Positions 1 to 8,646 of a DNA stretch of 32,000 nt are shown here, in pieces (positions within the stretch are counted from its first letter, which is position 1; every line of letters begins with the position of its first letter). This DNA is from Desulfobulbus propionicus DSM 2032 (GTDB taxonomy: Bacteria > Desulfobacterota > Desulfobulbia > Desulfobulbales > Desulfobulbaceae). Location of the stretch: NCBI RefSeq assembly GCF_000186885.1, contig NC_014972.1, positions 1,770,001 to 1,802,000 of the forward strand, read 5' to 3'. A model generated the notes under the pieces. It was not told where the DNA came from and did not search any database. It saw nothing but the letters and a program-made list of their open reading frames with translations. Both the position numbers and the translations under genes were made by a program.

Positions 1-67
1 GGGACAACAGGATGCCTTCGATTCCGGCCTTGGCTCGGGAGGGGCGCGATGCAACGATCAATTCCAC
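1..67 (-). CDS. Possible 5' fragment of a minus-strand CDS running off the left edge (GTG start; VELIVASRPSRAKAGIEGILLS...)
   Basis: Open minus-strand frame from a GTG at 67 to the window edge, with AAGGA upstream at plausible spacing. Only 22 codons are visible, so no family can be assigned. Confidence 0.25.
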   Translation of the reverse strand, partial: MELIVASRPSRAKAGIEGILLS

Positions 68-156
68 GGCGGGTGTCCTTGGGCAAGCGGGCAGCGCTGG
101 TCAACGGCGGCTGAGGTTGGCACGGCCGGCGATGCGCAACGGGGGCGGAAACAGGC

Positions 157-699
157 TTATCCCTTGTTGTCGGAGGTATCCAGATACCGCGATAGATAGA
201 GGGACTGGAGGACAATGAACACCAGGGTCAGACCGAGCATGCCGAACAGTTTGAAGTTGACCCAGGTATCACTGTCAAAAAAGGTCATGACATAGAGATT
301 GGCCGCGCCCATGGCCAGAAAAAAGACTACCCAGCCGAGGTTGAGGCGGCGCCAGATGGGTGTCGGCAGGGTGATGTTGCCGGCCAGCATGCGTTCGACC
401 GCGGTCTTGCGGCCGACCAGCTGGCTGGCGAGGAACACCCCGGCGAAAATCCAGTTGATGATCGTCGGCTTCCATTTGATGAATTGTTCGTCATGGAGGT
501 AGAGGGTCAGGCCGCCGAAGACGACGATCACCGCCAGGGTGACCAGCTGCATGGCCGCCACGGTGCGGGTTCTCACCCAGAGAATGGCGATCTGGACAAA
601 GGTGGCGGCGATGGCCGCCGCAGTGGCCACGTAGATGTCGAACAGCTTGTAGGCGAGAAAAAAGAGCAGGATCGGAAAGAAATCAAACAGCAGTTTCAT
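157..699 (-). CDS. yciB: Inner membrane-spanning protein YciB / septation protein A family
   Basis: 180 aa; MKLLFDFFPILLFFLAYKLFDIYVATA... start, TYWKPTI-like segment (FIKWKPTIINWIFAGVFL) and YVMTFFDSDTWVNFKLFG are typical of YciB. Confidence 0.93.
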   Translation of the reverse strand: MKLLFDFFPILLFFLAYKLFDIYVATAAAIAATFVQIAILWVRTRTVAAMQLVTLAVIVVFGGLTLYLHDEQFIKWKPTIINWIFAGVFLASQLVGRKTAVERMLAGNITLPTPIWRRLNLGWVVFFLAMGAANLYVMTFFDSDTWVNFKLFGMLGLTLVFIVLQSLYLSRYLDTSDNKG

Positions 700-833
700 G
701 GAGCACCAGACGGTTGTCGCAAGCGGTTGGCAAGGAAAATGGAATGGGGCATCATACCGTTTTCAGTGGCCGGGGCGCAAGAAGCATCGACAAGGCTCCC
801 TTGCCGCCGATCCTCCCCCGCGCCATGCACCGG

Positions 834-1976
834 TCAGGGCTTCGCGGCCTGCGATTCGAACCGAGGCCGGTCGATCCAATAGGGGGCCGCCACGCCGCGC
901 CGATAGGCATCCAGGGCCTCGGGCGACGAGTTGACCCGTAGGTTGCTGTAACTGCCGTCGGCGTTTTCCCACCGTTCATGCCAGTAGACCGCCAGCCGAA
1001 CCCGTGGGTAATGGGTGGGCAGAAGGCGGAAGGCCTCGGCGATGAATCCGGCCTTGTCGCCCGGAGGAAACTCGCCCACGCCCCATTCGGCGAGAAAAAT
1101 CGGTTTGTGCGCATCCAATTGACTGATCTCCCGGTAGGGTTCATCCATCATCCGGAAAAATTCGGCCCAGCCCTCGGCTTTGTTCATCTTGCCGTAGACG
1201 CTCAGTCCCAGCCAGTCGACATAGGCCGATCCCGGATAATAGCTGGCCATGCGGTTCCATGCGTTTCGGGGCGTGCTGAAGTTGTTGGCGTGAAAACCCC
1301 ACCGCACATTGGTCGCCCCCTGCCTGCGCACCCGGTCGACCACATACCGGTAGGCCTGTTTGAAGGTTTCGGGCCCCTGATACAGGGGATGGCCGTCCCG
1401 GTGGCCGATGACCTTGCCCCCGCCGTAATAACAGCCGGACCAGGGAAACCAGGTGCCGTTCATCTCCAGGCCCCAGGTCACCAGCAGGTGCCGGCCGTCG
1501 TCGCGCGCCGCCATGGCCCAGGCATCGATGTACCGATCCCATTTGCCGGCCAGGATATCGAGCAGTTTGAATCGGTCCGGTCCCTTGCCCTCTGCGTAGG
1601 GCTTGTCCCACGGCGACCAGAAAATAAGCGGCACGGCGCCGTACTTGGCGACAATGCGCACCGTTTTGGCGGGAAAGGCCTGATCGCCCCAGAAATTGCC
1701 AAAGGCCACCACCGCCAGATGTTTGCCGGTCATCCGTTCAAAGCCGGTCAGGGCATCGTAGGTGACTTCGGCCTCTCCCTCGCCAAAATCCACATAGGCG
1801 CCGGTGTAGGCGCCGTTGACGGGCATGACCAGGGTGGCCGGTTCCTTGGCTGCTCCGATCGGTGCCGTCTTGCCGCTGGGGAGGGAATCATCCCGACACC
1901 CTTCGATGAACAGGGCGGCCAAACAAAGGGTGACAATGACCACAACGCGTTGCACAGCTTGTTTGTTGATCGGCAT
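834..1976 (-). CDS. GH26-like glycoside hydrolase, probable secreted lipoprotein
   Basis: N-terminal signal with FIEGC; WGLEMNGTWFPW (GH26 acid/base region EMNG) and KPIFLAEWGVGE (nucleophile region); start 1976 preceded by GGGAGG. The ORF track extends it to 1988. Confidence 0.82.
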   Translation of the reverse strand: MPINKQAVQRVVVIVTLCLAALFIEGCRDDSLPSGKTAPIGAAKEPATLVMPVNGAYTGAYVDFGEGEAEVTYDALTGFERMTGKHLAVVAFGNFWGDQAFPAKTVRIVAKYGAVPLIFWSPWDKPYAEGKGPDRFKLLDILAGKWDRYIDAWAMAARDDGRHLLVTWGLEMNGTWFPWSGCYYGGGKVIGHRDGHPLYQGPETFKQAYRYVVDRVRRQGATNVRWGFHANNFSTPRNAWNRMASYYPGSAYVDWLGLSVYGKMNKAEGWAEFFRMMDEPYREISQLDAHKPIFLAEWGVGEFPPGDKAGFIAEAFRLLPTHYPRVRLAVYWHERWENADGSYSNLRVNSSPEALDAYRRGVAAPYWIDRPRFESQAAKP

Positions 1977-1989
1977 GCAGCCTCCCATG

Positions 1990-4900
1990 TCAGGTTGTGT
2001 AGGGGACCGAGGCGGTGCGGTCGAGTTTGCCCCAGCCGACCCACACCCCTTTGAGGGCCCTGAGAATGGCCTTGATCACCACGTAATTGAGCACCGGGCG
2101 ATAGACAAAGCGCATCGGCAGCACCAGCCAGATCTGGGCGAGTGGTTCCCGTTCGACCCGACAGGCCACCGCGGCCAGCAGCAGGTCGGCGGCGAGGAAC
2201 ACCAGAAAGTAGACATACAACAGGGGGTTGGCCGGACTGATCAACAGGGAGAGTAGCAGGAGCAGGTCGATGATCGAGCCGAGGGCCACGAGAACGATGT
2301 TGAACAACCAGGCGCTCGGCAGGCTGAACCAGCCCAATGCCTTGAAGCGGGGATGGAACAGCAGCTCCCGGTGTTTCCACAGGCATTGCAGGGTGCCGAA
2401 GGCCCAGCGGAATCGTTGCTTGGCAAAGGCTCGCAGTGTCTCCGGGGCCTCGGTCCAGGCGATGGCCCGGGAGGCGTAAGCGATGCGGAAGCCGCTTTTG
2501 TGCAGGGCCAGGGTGAGGTCGGTGTCCTCGGCCAGAGTCTCGGCGCCGATGCCGCCGGCCTCGGCAACGGCGCTCCGTCGCAGGGCGCTGACCGCGCCGG
2601 GTACCACGGTGATGCAGTCGAGCAGGGCATAGGCCCGGCGATCGAGGTTGAAGCCGCAGGTGTATTCCAGCGACTGGAAGCGGGCGAACAAGGTGCGGGG
2701 ATTGCCCACCCGTGCCCGGCCGCTGACCGCGCCCACCGTGGGGTCGGCAAGGGGGTGCACCAGATGACCGATGGTGTCGGGGGTAAACTGGGTGTCGGCG
2801 TCCAGGGTGACGATGATTTCGTGTCGGGCCGCGTCCAGACCCGTTCGCAGGGCCACGGCCTTGCCGCGATTGGCTTGCCGGAGCAGGCGGATGCGTTCAT
2901 CCTGGGCGGCCATGGCCATGACCAGGGCGGCGGTGTCGTCCTGGGAGCCGTCGTCGACCACCAGGATTTCCATCGGTCCCGCGTAACAGGTGTTGGTGAC
3001 CGCCCGCAGGGTGTCGCCGATCACCTTGACTTCGTTGTAGGCGGCGATCAATACCGTGACCGGCGGGACAAAGGCTGCCTGTTTGGCGGGCAGAACCGCT
3101 GGGTCGAGCCGGCGGCTGCGAATGGCCAGCCAGGAGACGGCCAGGGTCTTGACCACGGTCAGCAGGGTGGCCACGACCATGAACGCCCAGAAGAAATTGG
3201 TCAGTTCATGCATGGCGGTGAAGCCGCTTTCGCTGATCATCCGGGTCAGGGTGGGGCGGTCGGCGGGAACCGGCGGCATCAGCTGCTCGGCCGGAATGCC
3301 GACCAGCTCGGGCAGGGACAGCACCCGGTCGCCCCGGGCCTGAAGGTAGTCGATGATCGCGGGCAAGGCGGCCACGGTCTGGCTGCGGTCGCCGCCGGCA
3401 TCGTGGAGCAGGACCACGCTGCCTCCCTGGCTGCGGCCCTGCTGGATGCGTTCGAGCATTGTTTCCACTCCGGGTTCGGCCCAATCCTCGGGGTCGATGT
3501 CCTCGGTGACCGTTACATACCCCATGGCCTGGGCCAAGGCGATTGGCACCAACTCTTCGGGATCGTGCGGGTTGGTGTCGGCGTTGTAGGGCGGCCGGAA
3601 CAGGGTGGTGGAATGGCCGGTGATCGACTCGATCAACCGCTGGGTGGCGTTGTATTCGAGATGGGCGCGTTCCTCGGAGACCAGGGCGATGTTGGGGTGG
3701 CTGTAGGTGTGCACTCCGATCATGTGGCCTTCGCCGACGATCCGGCGGACCAGGTCCGGATGGTTTTCCATGTTGGCGCCGATCATGAAGAACGTCGCCT
3801 TGACGCCGCGCTCCTTGAGGATGTCGAGGATCTTTGGGGTCCATTTCCGATCCGGTCCATCGTCAAAGGTGAGGACGACGCCGTCGGCCGGCCCCCGTCC
3901 TTGATGAAGGAGCGTCAGGGTGCTGGGGAAGGTCTGGTAGGTTTCCTCGATCCGCCCTCCGGAAGCTGCCTTCCGATCGAAGTGGATGCGGCGGAAACCG
4001 TCGCTGCGCTCGTCGGTCAGGGTGATCAGGTTGCCCTGGCCGATATGGGCGATGCTGGCTTCGGCCGGGATTCGTTCCAGTCGGGCGAGATCGCTGCCGC
4101 GCAGGGGAATGGCGGTGGGGCGGTCGAGGACGTCCCAGATGCCGGGATCTTCCGTGCCCAGCCGGCTGATGGCGATGCCGCCCACCCGATGTTCCCGGGC
4201 AACGGTGAGCTGGTTGAGAAAGGTGATGGCGTCGAGAAACCAGACGGTGTGGACCGTGCCGCCGTCCTCGTAGACGAACGACGGGTTGGCCGACGACGGG
4301 TGGAAACGGCAGGCGGTCTGCGCCGAGCGGCGGGCGCGGGCCATCACGTCCACGAAACCGATCTGCTCGCCCTGACCCTCTCCAGCCGCCCAATCGTAGC
4401 CATACGATCCCTGGGAGATGATCCATTGACCGGGTGTGCCGTAGCCGCCGACCAGGGTAGAAAGCCAACCGGTGAAGAAATCCCGCGAGGCGATCGGACC
4501 CGGTTGGTCGGACTCGGCGTGTTCGTCGTGGAGCATGGCCACGAAATGGTCGACATGGCGGCTCAGGGCATCGAGGTCGAAGACCTTCAATTCCCGGCCG
4601 ATGGGCACGCACAGCCACAGCTGCATGTCCTCGTCGTGCAGGGCCTCGGCCATGCGGGCAAGAAAGCGGCTCATGTTGTCGCGGTAGCTGGGGTCGACCT
4701 GCTGCCAGTCGAGCACCACGCCGCCTGCGCCCGTGTCGTTCAGCGCGGCGATTAGCCGGGACAGGAAGGTGTTCTGCCGCTCGGCCGGACCGTTGATCAC
4801 CCCTTCCACCGCCTCGGGCAGCCAGGTGTCGCCGTCGCCGAGATTGCGCAGCAAGGGCATGAGCACCACTCCCTGTTCCCTTGCCACGGTGAGCACCGGC

Positions 4901-5430
4901 TCGTCGCTGGTGGCCGTGAACCGGCCGGATCCGTCCCTGAGTTCGAGCCAGTCCGGGCAGAGATGGGTCAGCCTGCCGGCGTGGGCCTTGAGGGAATCGA
5001 GGCTGTTTGGATCCCACCCCTCATAAAAGCCAAGCCGGATTTCCCTGTCGTGGCCCAAAACGGTGGCAGGAGCGGGCGCGCTGGTGTGAATTGCCGGCGG
5101 ATGCTTCCCGGGGTTCTTGTCCCGCTTGGCATAATCCAGCCACAGCGGCTTGGGACTCTTCTGGCCGTGGGCGGTGGTCTGCAACGCCTTGAGCCGGGAC
5201 GTCAACTGCTCCACGGCGGGCGGCATGTTCAGGCGCGAGGGCAGGATCAGGGTTTGGACAAAGAGGACAACCGCGGTGAAGAGCAGCAGTCCGCAGGCAA
5301 AGGACCACCGACGGAACCGGGGCCAGCGTTTGCCGCGCCGGTCGAGAAACACAAAGGATTCTCCGACGGCGTGGTGGGCGGCCGCAGAAGATGGGGGCGA
5401 GCCGTTGCCCGGCGGCGAAGGTGTGGTCAT
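1990..5430 (-). CDS. Multidomain polysaccharide-synthesis protein: N-terminal GH18-like domain, central NodB polysaccharide deacetylase, C-terminal processive GT2 glycosyltransferase
   Basis: 1146 aa. N-terminal TM segment; GH18-like region (LGFYEGWDPNSLDSLKAHAGRLTHLCPDWLEL...GVVLDWQQVD); NodB motifs TFDDGP, HTYSHP, RPPYNA; GT2 motifs VVDDGS, LDADT, LAEDTD, QRFRW; C-terminal TM helices. Confidence 0.92.
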   Translation of the reverse strand: MTTPSPPGNGSPPSSAAAHHAVGESFVFLDRRGKRWPRFRRWSFACGLLLFTAVVLFVQTLILPSRLNMPPAVEQLTSRLKALQTTAHGQKSPKPLWLDYAKRDKNPGKHPPAIHTSAPAPATVLGHDREIRLGFYEGWDPNSLDSLKAHAGRLTHLCPDWLELRDGSGRFTATSDEPVLTVAREQGVVLMPLLRNLGDGDTWLPEAVEGVINGPAERQNTFLSRLIAALNDTGAGGVVLDWQQVDPSYRDNMSRFLARMAEALHDEDMQLWLCVPIGRELKVFDLDALSRHVDHFVAMLHDEHAESDQPGPIASRDFFTGWLSTLVGGYGTPGQWIISQGSYGYDWAAGEGQGEQIGFVDVMARARRSAQTACRFHPSSANPSFVYEDGGTVHTVWFLDAITFLNQLTVAREHRVGGIAISRLGTEDPGIWDVLDRPTAIPLRGSDLARLERIPAEASIAHIGQGNLITLTDERSDGFRRIHFDRKAASGGRIEETYQTFPSTLTLLHQGRGPADGVVLTFDDGPDRKWTPKILDILKERGVKATFFMIGANMENHPDLVRRIVGEGHMIGVHTYSHPNIALVSEERAHLEYNATQRLIESITGHSTTLFRPPYNADTNPHDPEELVPIALAQAMGYVTVTEDIDPEDWAEPGVETMLERIQQGRSQGGSVVLLHDAGGDRSQTVAALPAIIDYLQARGDRVLSLPELVGIPAEQLMPPVPADRPTLTRMISESGFTAMHELTNFFWAFMVVATLLTVVKTLAVSWLAIRSRRLDPAVLPAKQAAFVPPVTVLIAAYNEVKVIGDTLRAVTNTCYAGPMEILVVDDGSQDDTAALVMAMAAQDERIRLLRQANRGKAVALRTGLDAARHEIIVTLDADTQFTPDTIGHLVHPLADPTVGAVSGRARVGNPRTLFARFQSLEYTCGFNLDRRAYALLDCITVVPGAVSALRRSAVAEAGGIGAETLAEDTDLTLALHKSGFRIAYASRAIAWTEAPETLRAFAKQRFRWAFGTLQCLWKHRELLFHPRFKALGWFSLPSAWLFNIVLVALGSIIDLLLLLSLLISPANPLLYVYFLVFLAADLLLAAVACRVEREPLAQIWLVLPMRFVYRPVLNYVVIKAILRALKGVWVGWGKLDRTASVPYTT

Positions 5431-5634
5431 CGCGATTCAAGAAATTCCGGCGGATGGTTATGCGCGGAACGGTTTGCGGTTCATGGAGGCCCGGGTGTGG
5501 CGCGTCGGTCGAGCCGATGGTGGCACTTGGATGAAAAAGCGGCGGAAAATACCGCGGCGCGAAGCGTTTTTCAATGGAGAATTGTCAAGGAAAAGCGGGA
5601 AAAAAGAATGGCGGGACGCGGCCAGCCGTCGGGC

Positions 5635-6759
5635 TTAGGGAGCCGTCGGCTGACCGTGGCGATAGAGCAGGGCGGCAATGACCACGGTGCAGGGGGCCAC
5701 GGCAATCACTCCGAAACTGCCCACCAAGATATTGAGGACTTCGGCGGCGACAAAGGGGGCGTTGAGCAGGTTGGCCGGCGGCAACCCCTTGGCGAGGAAG
5801 ACCATGAACATGGCGATATGGCTGCCCGAATAGGCGAGCAGCAGGGTGGTGGTCATGGTGCCGGTGACCGCGCGGCCGACCCGCAGGCCGGAGCGCATGT
5901 GCTCGATCAGGCCGATCTCCGGATGCCGGTGCTTCAGTTCGTCCATGGTGGCGGCGATGTCCATGGCCAGGTCCATCACCGCCCCCGAGCAGGCGATGAA
6001 CACGCTGGCCACGAAGATGTCGGTCAGATTGAGATGCGGGTAGCCGGAATAGAGCAGCATCTCGGCAAAGGGACGGACCGCGCCGTGCAGGCGGAAGCCG
6101 TGGGTGAACAGGGCGGCCAGGCCGCAGGTGAGCAGCAGGCCAAGCAGCGAGCCGGCAAAGGTGGCCAGGCCGCGACGGGTCAGGCCGCCGACCGAGAAAC
6201 AAATCACTGCGGTCAACAAGGTGACGATCCCCAGGCCGGTGGCCAGAGGCGGATAGCCGAGCAGCAGCAGGGGGAAAAAAAGTTTCCACAGCACCAGGGC
6301 GGCAAAGATGAAGGAAAGTCCGGCCTTGAGGCCGGTGACCCCGGCCACGGCCACCAGCAGCAGGGCGAACAGGCCGACGAGAAACAGTTGCAGCCCCAGG
6401 CGATAGGCGCCCCGGGCCACGGCATTGACCGGCTGCCCCCCGGGTGCGCTGTATTCCACCAGGATGGTGGTGCCGGGCTGGTAGAATTCGTCGAGTTCCA
6501 TCTTGCCGGTGAGCATGTTGACCACCTCCAGCTCCTGGCCTTCGTGCGGCCCGGCAAGCAGGCGCACCCGCAGCAGCTGGACATTGGTCTTGACGATCAG
6601 ATGGGTGCGTACTTGGGAGTTGTCGACGCCGGTGACCAGGGCGCGGCAGCGGATGCCGCTGGGCGCCGGCGGGATGCGGGCCAGGTCGAGAAAGGCGAGG
6701 ACGAGGCAGAGACAGGCGATGATCAGGGAAAAGAACAAATCGCGGCGGATGGCGGACAT
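5635..6759 (-). CDS. YibE/F family membrane protein
   Basis: ~374 aa from MSAIRRDLFFSLIIACLCLVLAF; multi-TM; GAVMDLAMDIAATMDELKHRHPEI...GRAVTGTMTTTLLLAYSGSHIAMF typical of YibE/F. The upstream ORF extension to 7047 overlaps phoA and is not plausible. Confidence 0.88.
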   Translation of the reverse strand: MSAIRRDLFFSLIIACLCLVLAFLDLARIPPAPSGIRCRALVTGVDNSQVRTHLIVKTNVQLLRVRLLAGPHEGQELEVVNMLTGKMELDEFYQPGTTILVEYSAPGGQPVNAVARGAYRLGLQLFLVGLFALLLVAVAGVTGLKAGLSFIFAALVLWKLFFPLLLLGYPPLATGLGIVTLLTAVICFSVGGLTRRGLATFAGSLLGLLLTCGLAALFTHGFRLHGAVRPFAEMLLYSGYPHLNLTDIFVASVFIACSGAVMDLAMDIAATMDELKHRHPEIGLIEHMRSGLRVGRAVTGTMTTTLLLAYSGSHIAMFMVFLAKGLPPANLLNAPFVAAEVLNILVGSFGVIAVAPCTVVIAALLYRHGQPTAP

Positions 6760-6778
6760 GAGCGGTACCGGGAGAACG

Positions 6779-6813
6779 CCCGCGGCGCCGCACAGGGGGC
6801 TCGGCGCTGCGGG
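6779..6813. terminator. GC-rich hairpin in the phoA/yibE-F intergenic gap (terminator-like, no U-tract)
   Basis: cccgcggcgccg (6779-6790) / 11-nt loop / cggcgctgcggg (6802-6813): 12-bp stem with a single G-U wobble. Confidence 0.4.
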
Positions 6814-6832
6814 ACGGGGGAAAGGGGACGGG

Positions 6833-8359
6833 TTAGTTGACGGTTGCCTTGACAACGGGCAGGGGCTGCCAGATGCCCATGGCCATCTGCTTGGCGATGT
6901 CGGTGTTGTCGTAGAACCCGGCAAAACGCTGGGCTTCCGAGCCAACGGCAAAGACCGGCACCGGCACGCCGGTATGGGAATAGGAGGTCCAGCCGATGCT
7001 GGCCCGTTCGTTGAGAATATGGGTGATGGTGACGATGATCGGTTCATAGCCGCCGTAGAGCAGCTTGTTTTCTGCCTCGCTGTTGTCGTTGCTGCCGCTC
7101 ATTGACTTGTCGTAGGCATCCTCGAGTTTTTTCTTCTGATGGTCGTTCAGGCTGTCCCACGCCAGACCAAAGACGCTCTCCATCAATCCCAGCATCTCGC
7201 CGCTCGCCTCCAGGTTGTTGGGCGCGGTCCAGCTGTAGCCGTCCTTGTTGGCCGCCTTGTGCGCTTTCCACTGGTTCATGCCAAAGGCCTGGAAACTGCT
7301 CGTTTGCTTGAGCAGGCGGTCGTAATAGCCGCTGTAACCGGTAGTGGCGTGGCCCACCGACATGCCGCCGGTCTCGTGGTCGCCGGTGACCACGATCAGG
7401 GTTTGGCTGGGATGCTTGCGGTAAAACTCCAGAGCCACGCCGACTGCGTCGTCAAAGTCCAGGGTGTCGCCGATGGTGGCCATGGCGTCATTGGCATGAC
7501 AGGCCCAGTCGATCTTGCCGCCCTCGACCATGAGAAAAAAGCCGTCATCCTTGGGAAACCAACCGCCGTGCTTGCCCTCTTTTTTCCTGGTGAACAGCGA
7601 ATTGATGGCCACTTCGGTCATCTCGGCCAGACTCAGGTTGGTCTCCGGTCGGTCAATGGCATAGGGCATGGCGGCGCTGTCCTGGAGGGTGGGGTTGATG
7701 CACACCACCTTGCTCTTGGGATTTTTTTTCAACGCGAGGATCGCTTGCCGGTCGTTGAGGACGGTATAGCCGTTGGCCTGCATCTGGGCGGTGATGGTTT
7801 GCGCCTCGGAGGCCGCCAGGCCGCCGCCGCCAAAAAAGTCATAGCCGGAGGCAGCCATCTGCCGGGCAATGGCGTTCATGTCCCCGCGGCTGGGCACGCT
7901 GGCATAGAACGAGGCCGGGGTGGCGTGATCGAGCGACACACTGGAAATGAGACCGACGCGCTTGCCCTTTTCCTCGGCCAGTTCGGCGATGCTTTTGTAT
8001 TTGATGGTTTTTTGATCGTTCATGCCGATGACCCCGCTCTGGGTCTTGACGCCGCAGGCAAAGGCGGTGCCGGCCGAGGCGCTGTCGGTCATCAGGGCGT
8101 GGGCATCGTAGGTGGTCTGCATGCCCAGCACCGGGAGCTTGCTCATGTTCAGCCGGTTTTCCGCTTTGAGCAGGTCGGCGGCCTCGGTGGCCGAGCCGCC
8201 GTTCTTGGTGGTCAGGTAAGCCTCGGCCGCCTGAATCTGGGCGCTGGACATCCCGTCTCCGACAAAGAAAAAGACGTACTTGGGCATGGCGGCCCAGGCC
8301 GGCGCGGCTGCAAGGCTCAACACCGCGCAGGCGGCGCAGATCAACGTTCGTTTGTGCAT
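6833..8359 (-). CDS. phoA: Secreted alkaline phosphatase (PhoA family)
   Basis: Start at MHKRTLICAACAVLSLAAAPAWA (signal peptide) with AGGAGGG upstream; motifs KYVFFFVGDGMSS, MTDSASAGTAFACG, VTGDHETGG, YTHTGVPVPVFAVG-like (YSHTGVPVPVFAVG). Confidence 0.93.
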   Translation of the reverse strand: MHKRTLICAACAVLSLAAAPAWAAMPKYVFFFVGDGMSSAQIQAAEAYLTTKNGGSATEAADLLKAENRLNMSKLPVLGMQTTYDAHALMTDSASAGTAFACGVKTQSGVIGMNDQKTIKYKSIAELAEEKGKRVGLISSVSLDHATPASFYASVPSRGDMNAIARQMAASGYDFFGGGGLAASEAQTITAQMQANGYTVLNDRQAILALKKNPKSKVVCINPTLQDSAAMPYAIDRPETNLSLAEMTEVAINSLFTRKKEGKHGGWFPKDDGFFLMVEGGKIDWACHANDAMATIGDTLDFDDAVGVALEFYRKHPSQTLIVVTGDHETGGMSVGHATTGYSGYYDRLLKQTSSFQAFGMNQWKAHKAANKDGYSWTAPNNLEASGEMLGLMESVFGLAWDSLNDHQKKKLEDAYDKSMSGSNDNSEAENKLLYGGYEPIIVTITHILNERASIGWTSYSHTGVPVPVFAVGSEAQRFAGFYDNTDIAKQMAMGIWQPLPVVKATVN

Positions 8360-8605
8360 TGTTCCCTCCTTGATGGGTTGCATTTTCCTGGTGATCCAGT
8401 CGCGCGGCGAGGAGCACGCCTTCCCCTGTCCGCCGCTGGAGCGGTCATCGGCGAGAGCGCCGTCAACCGCCTTCACCATGCCGTGCCAGGATGAGGATTG
8501 TGTTTGCCTTCTGCTACAACCGTGTCAGGTTTCGGATAAAAACGACCAGCAACTGGAAATGACAGCCTTGACTTTGCCATGTTCCCCGGTTATTTTTGTA
8601 CTGGT

Positions 8606-8634
8606 TTGAATATGAATATATGTTCAGATATAAC
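8606..8634 (+). promoter_or_regulatory. Putative sigma70-like promoter for the ArsR-family gene: -35 TTGAAT (8606-8611), -10 TATAAC (8629-8634), 17-nt spacer
   Basis: Hexamer match and spacing read directly, in the AT-rich island of an otherwise GC-rich region. Confidence 0.55.
8607..8632. promoter_or_regulatory. Putative SmtB/CzrA-type 12-2-12 operator overlapping the promoter
   Basis: TGAATATGAATA-TA-TGTTCAGATATA; 8 of 12 half-site positions are symmetric. The core TGAATA-TA-TGTTCAGATA resembles the known SmtB/CzrA core TGAACA-NN-TATTCAGATA. Confidence 0.6.
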
Positions 8635-8646
8635 ATAATAAAAACG

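Noticed and set aside
12-218. 68-aa plus-strand ORF at the left edge
   Set aside because: Arg/Gly-rich, no ribosome-binding site, overlaps the yciB end, no recognisable domain.
2353-4755. 800-aa plus-strand ORF opposite the GT2 fusion
   Set aside because: Same codon-register shadow effect; the minus-strand frame has clear GT2 and NodB motifs.
4963-6840. 625-aa plus-strand ORF spanning the GT2 fusion start, the intergenic gap and the YibE/F gene
   Set aside because: Register matches both minus-strand genes by chance; composition is low-complexity Gln/Gly/His/Arg-rich, typical of antisense translation.
8550-8580. Possible Pho box upstream of phoA (CTGTCAT-like half site on the minus strand)
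   Set aside because: Only one 7-bp half site is present and the expected second repeat at 11-bp spacing does not match.
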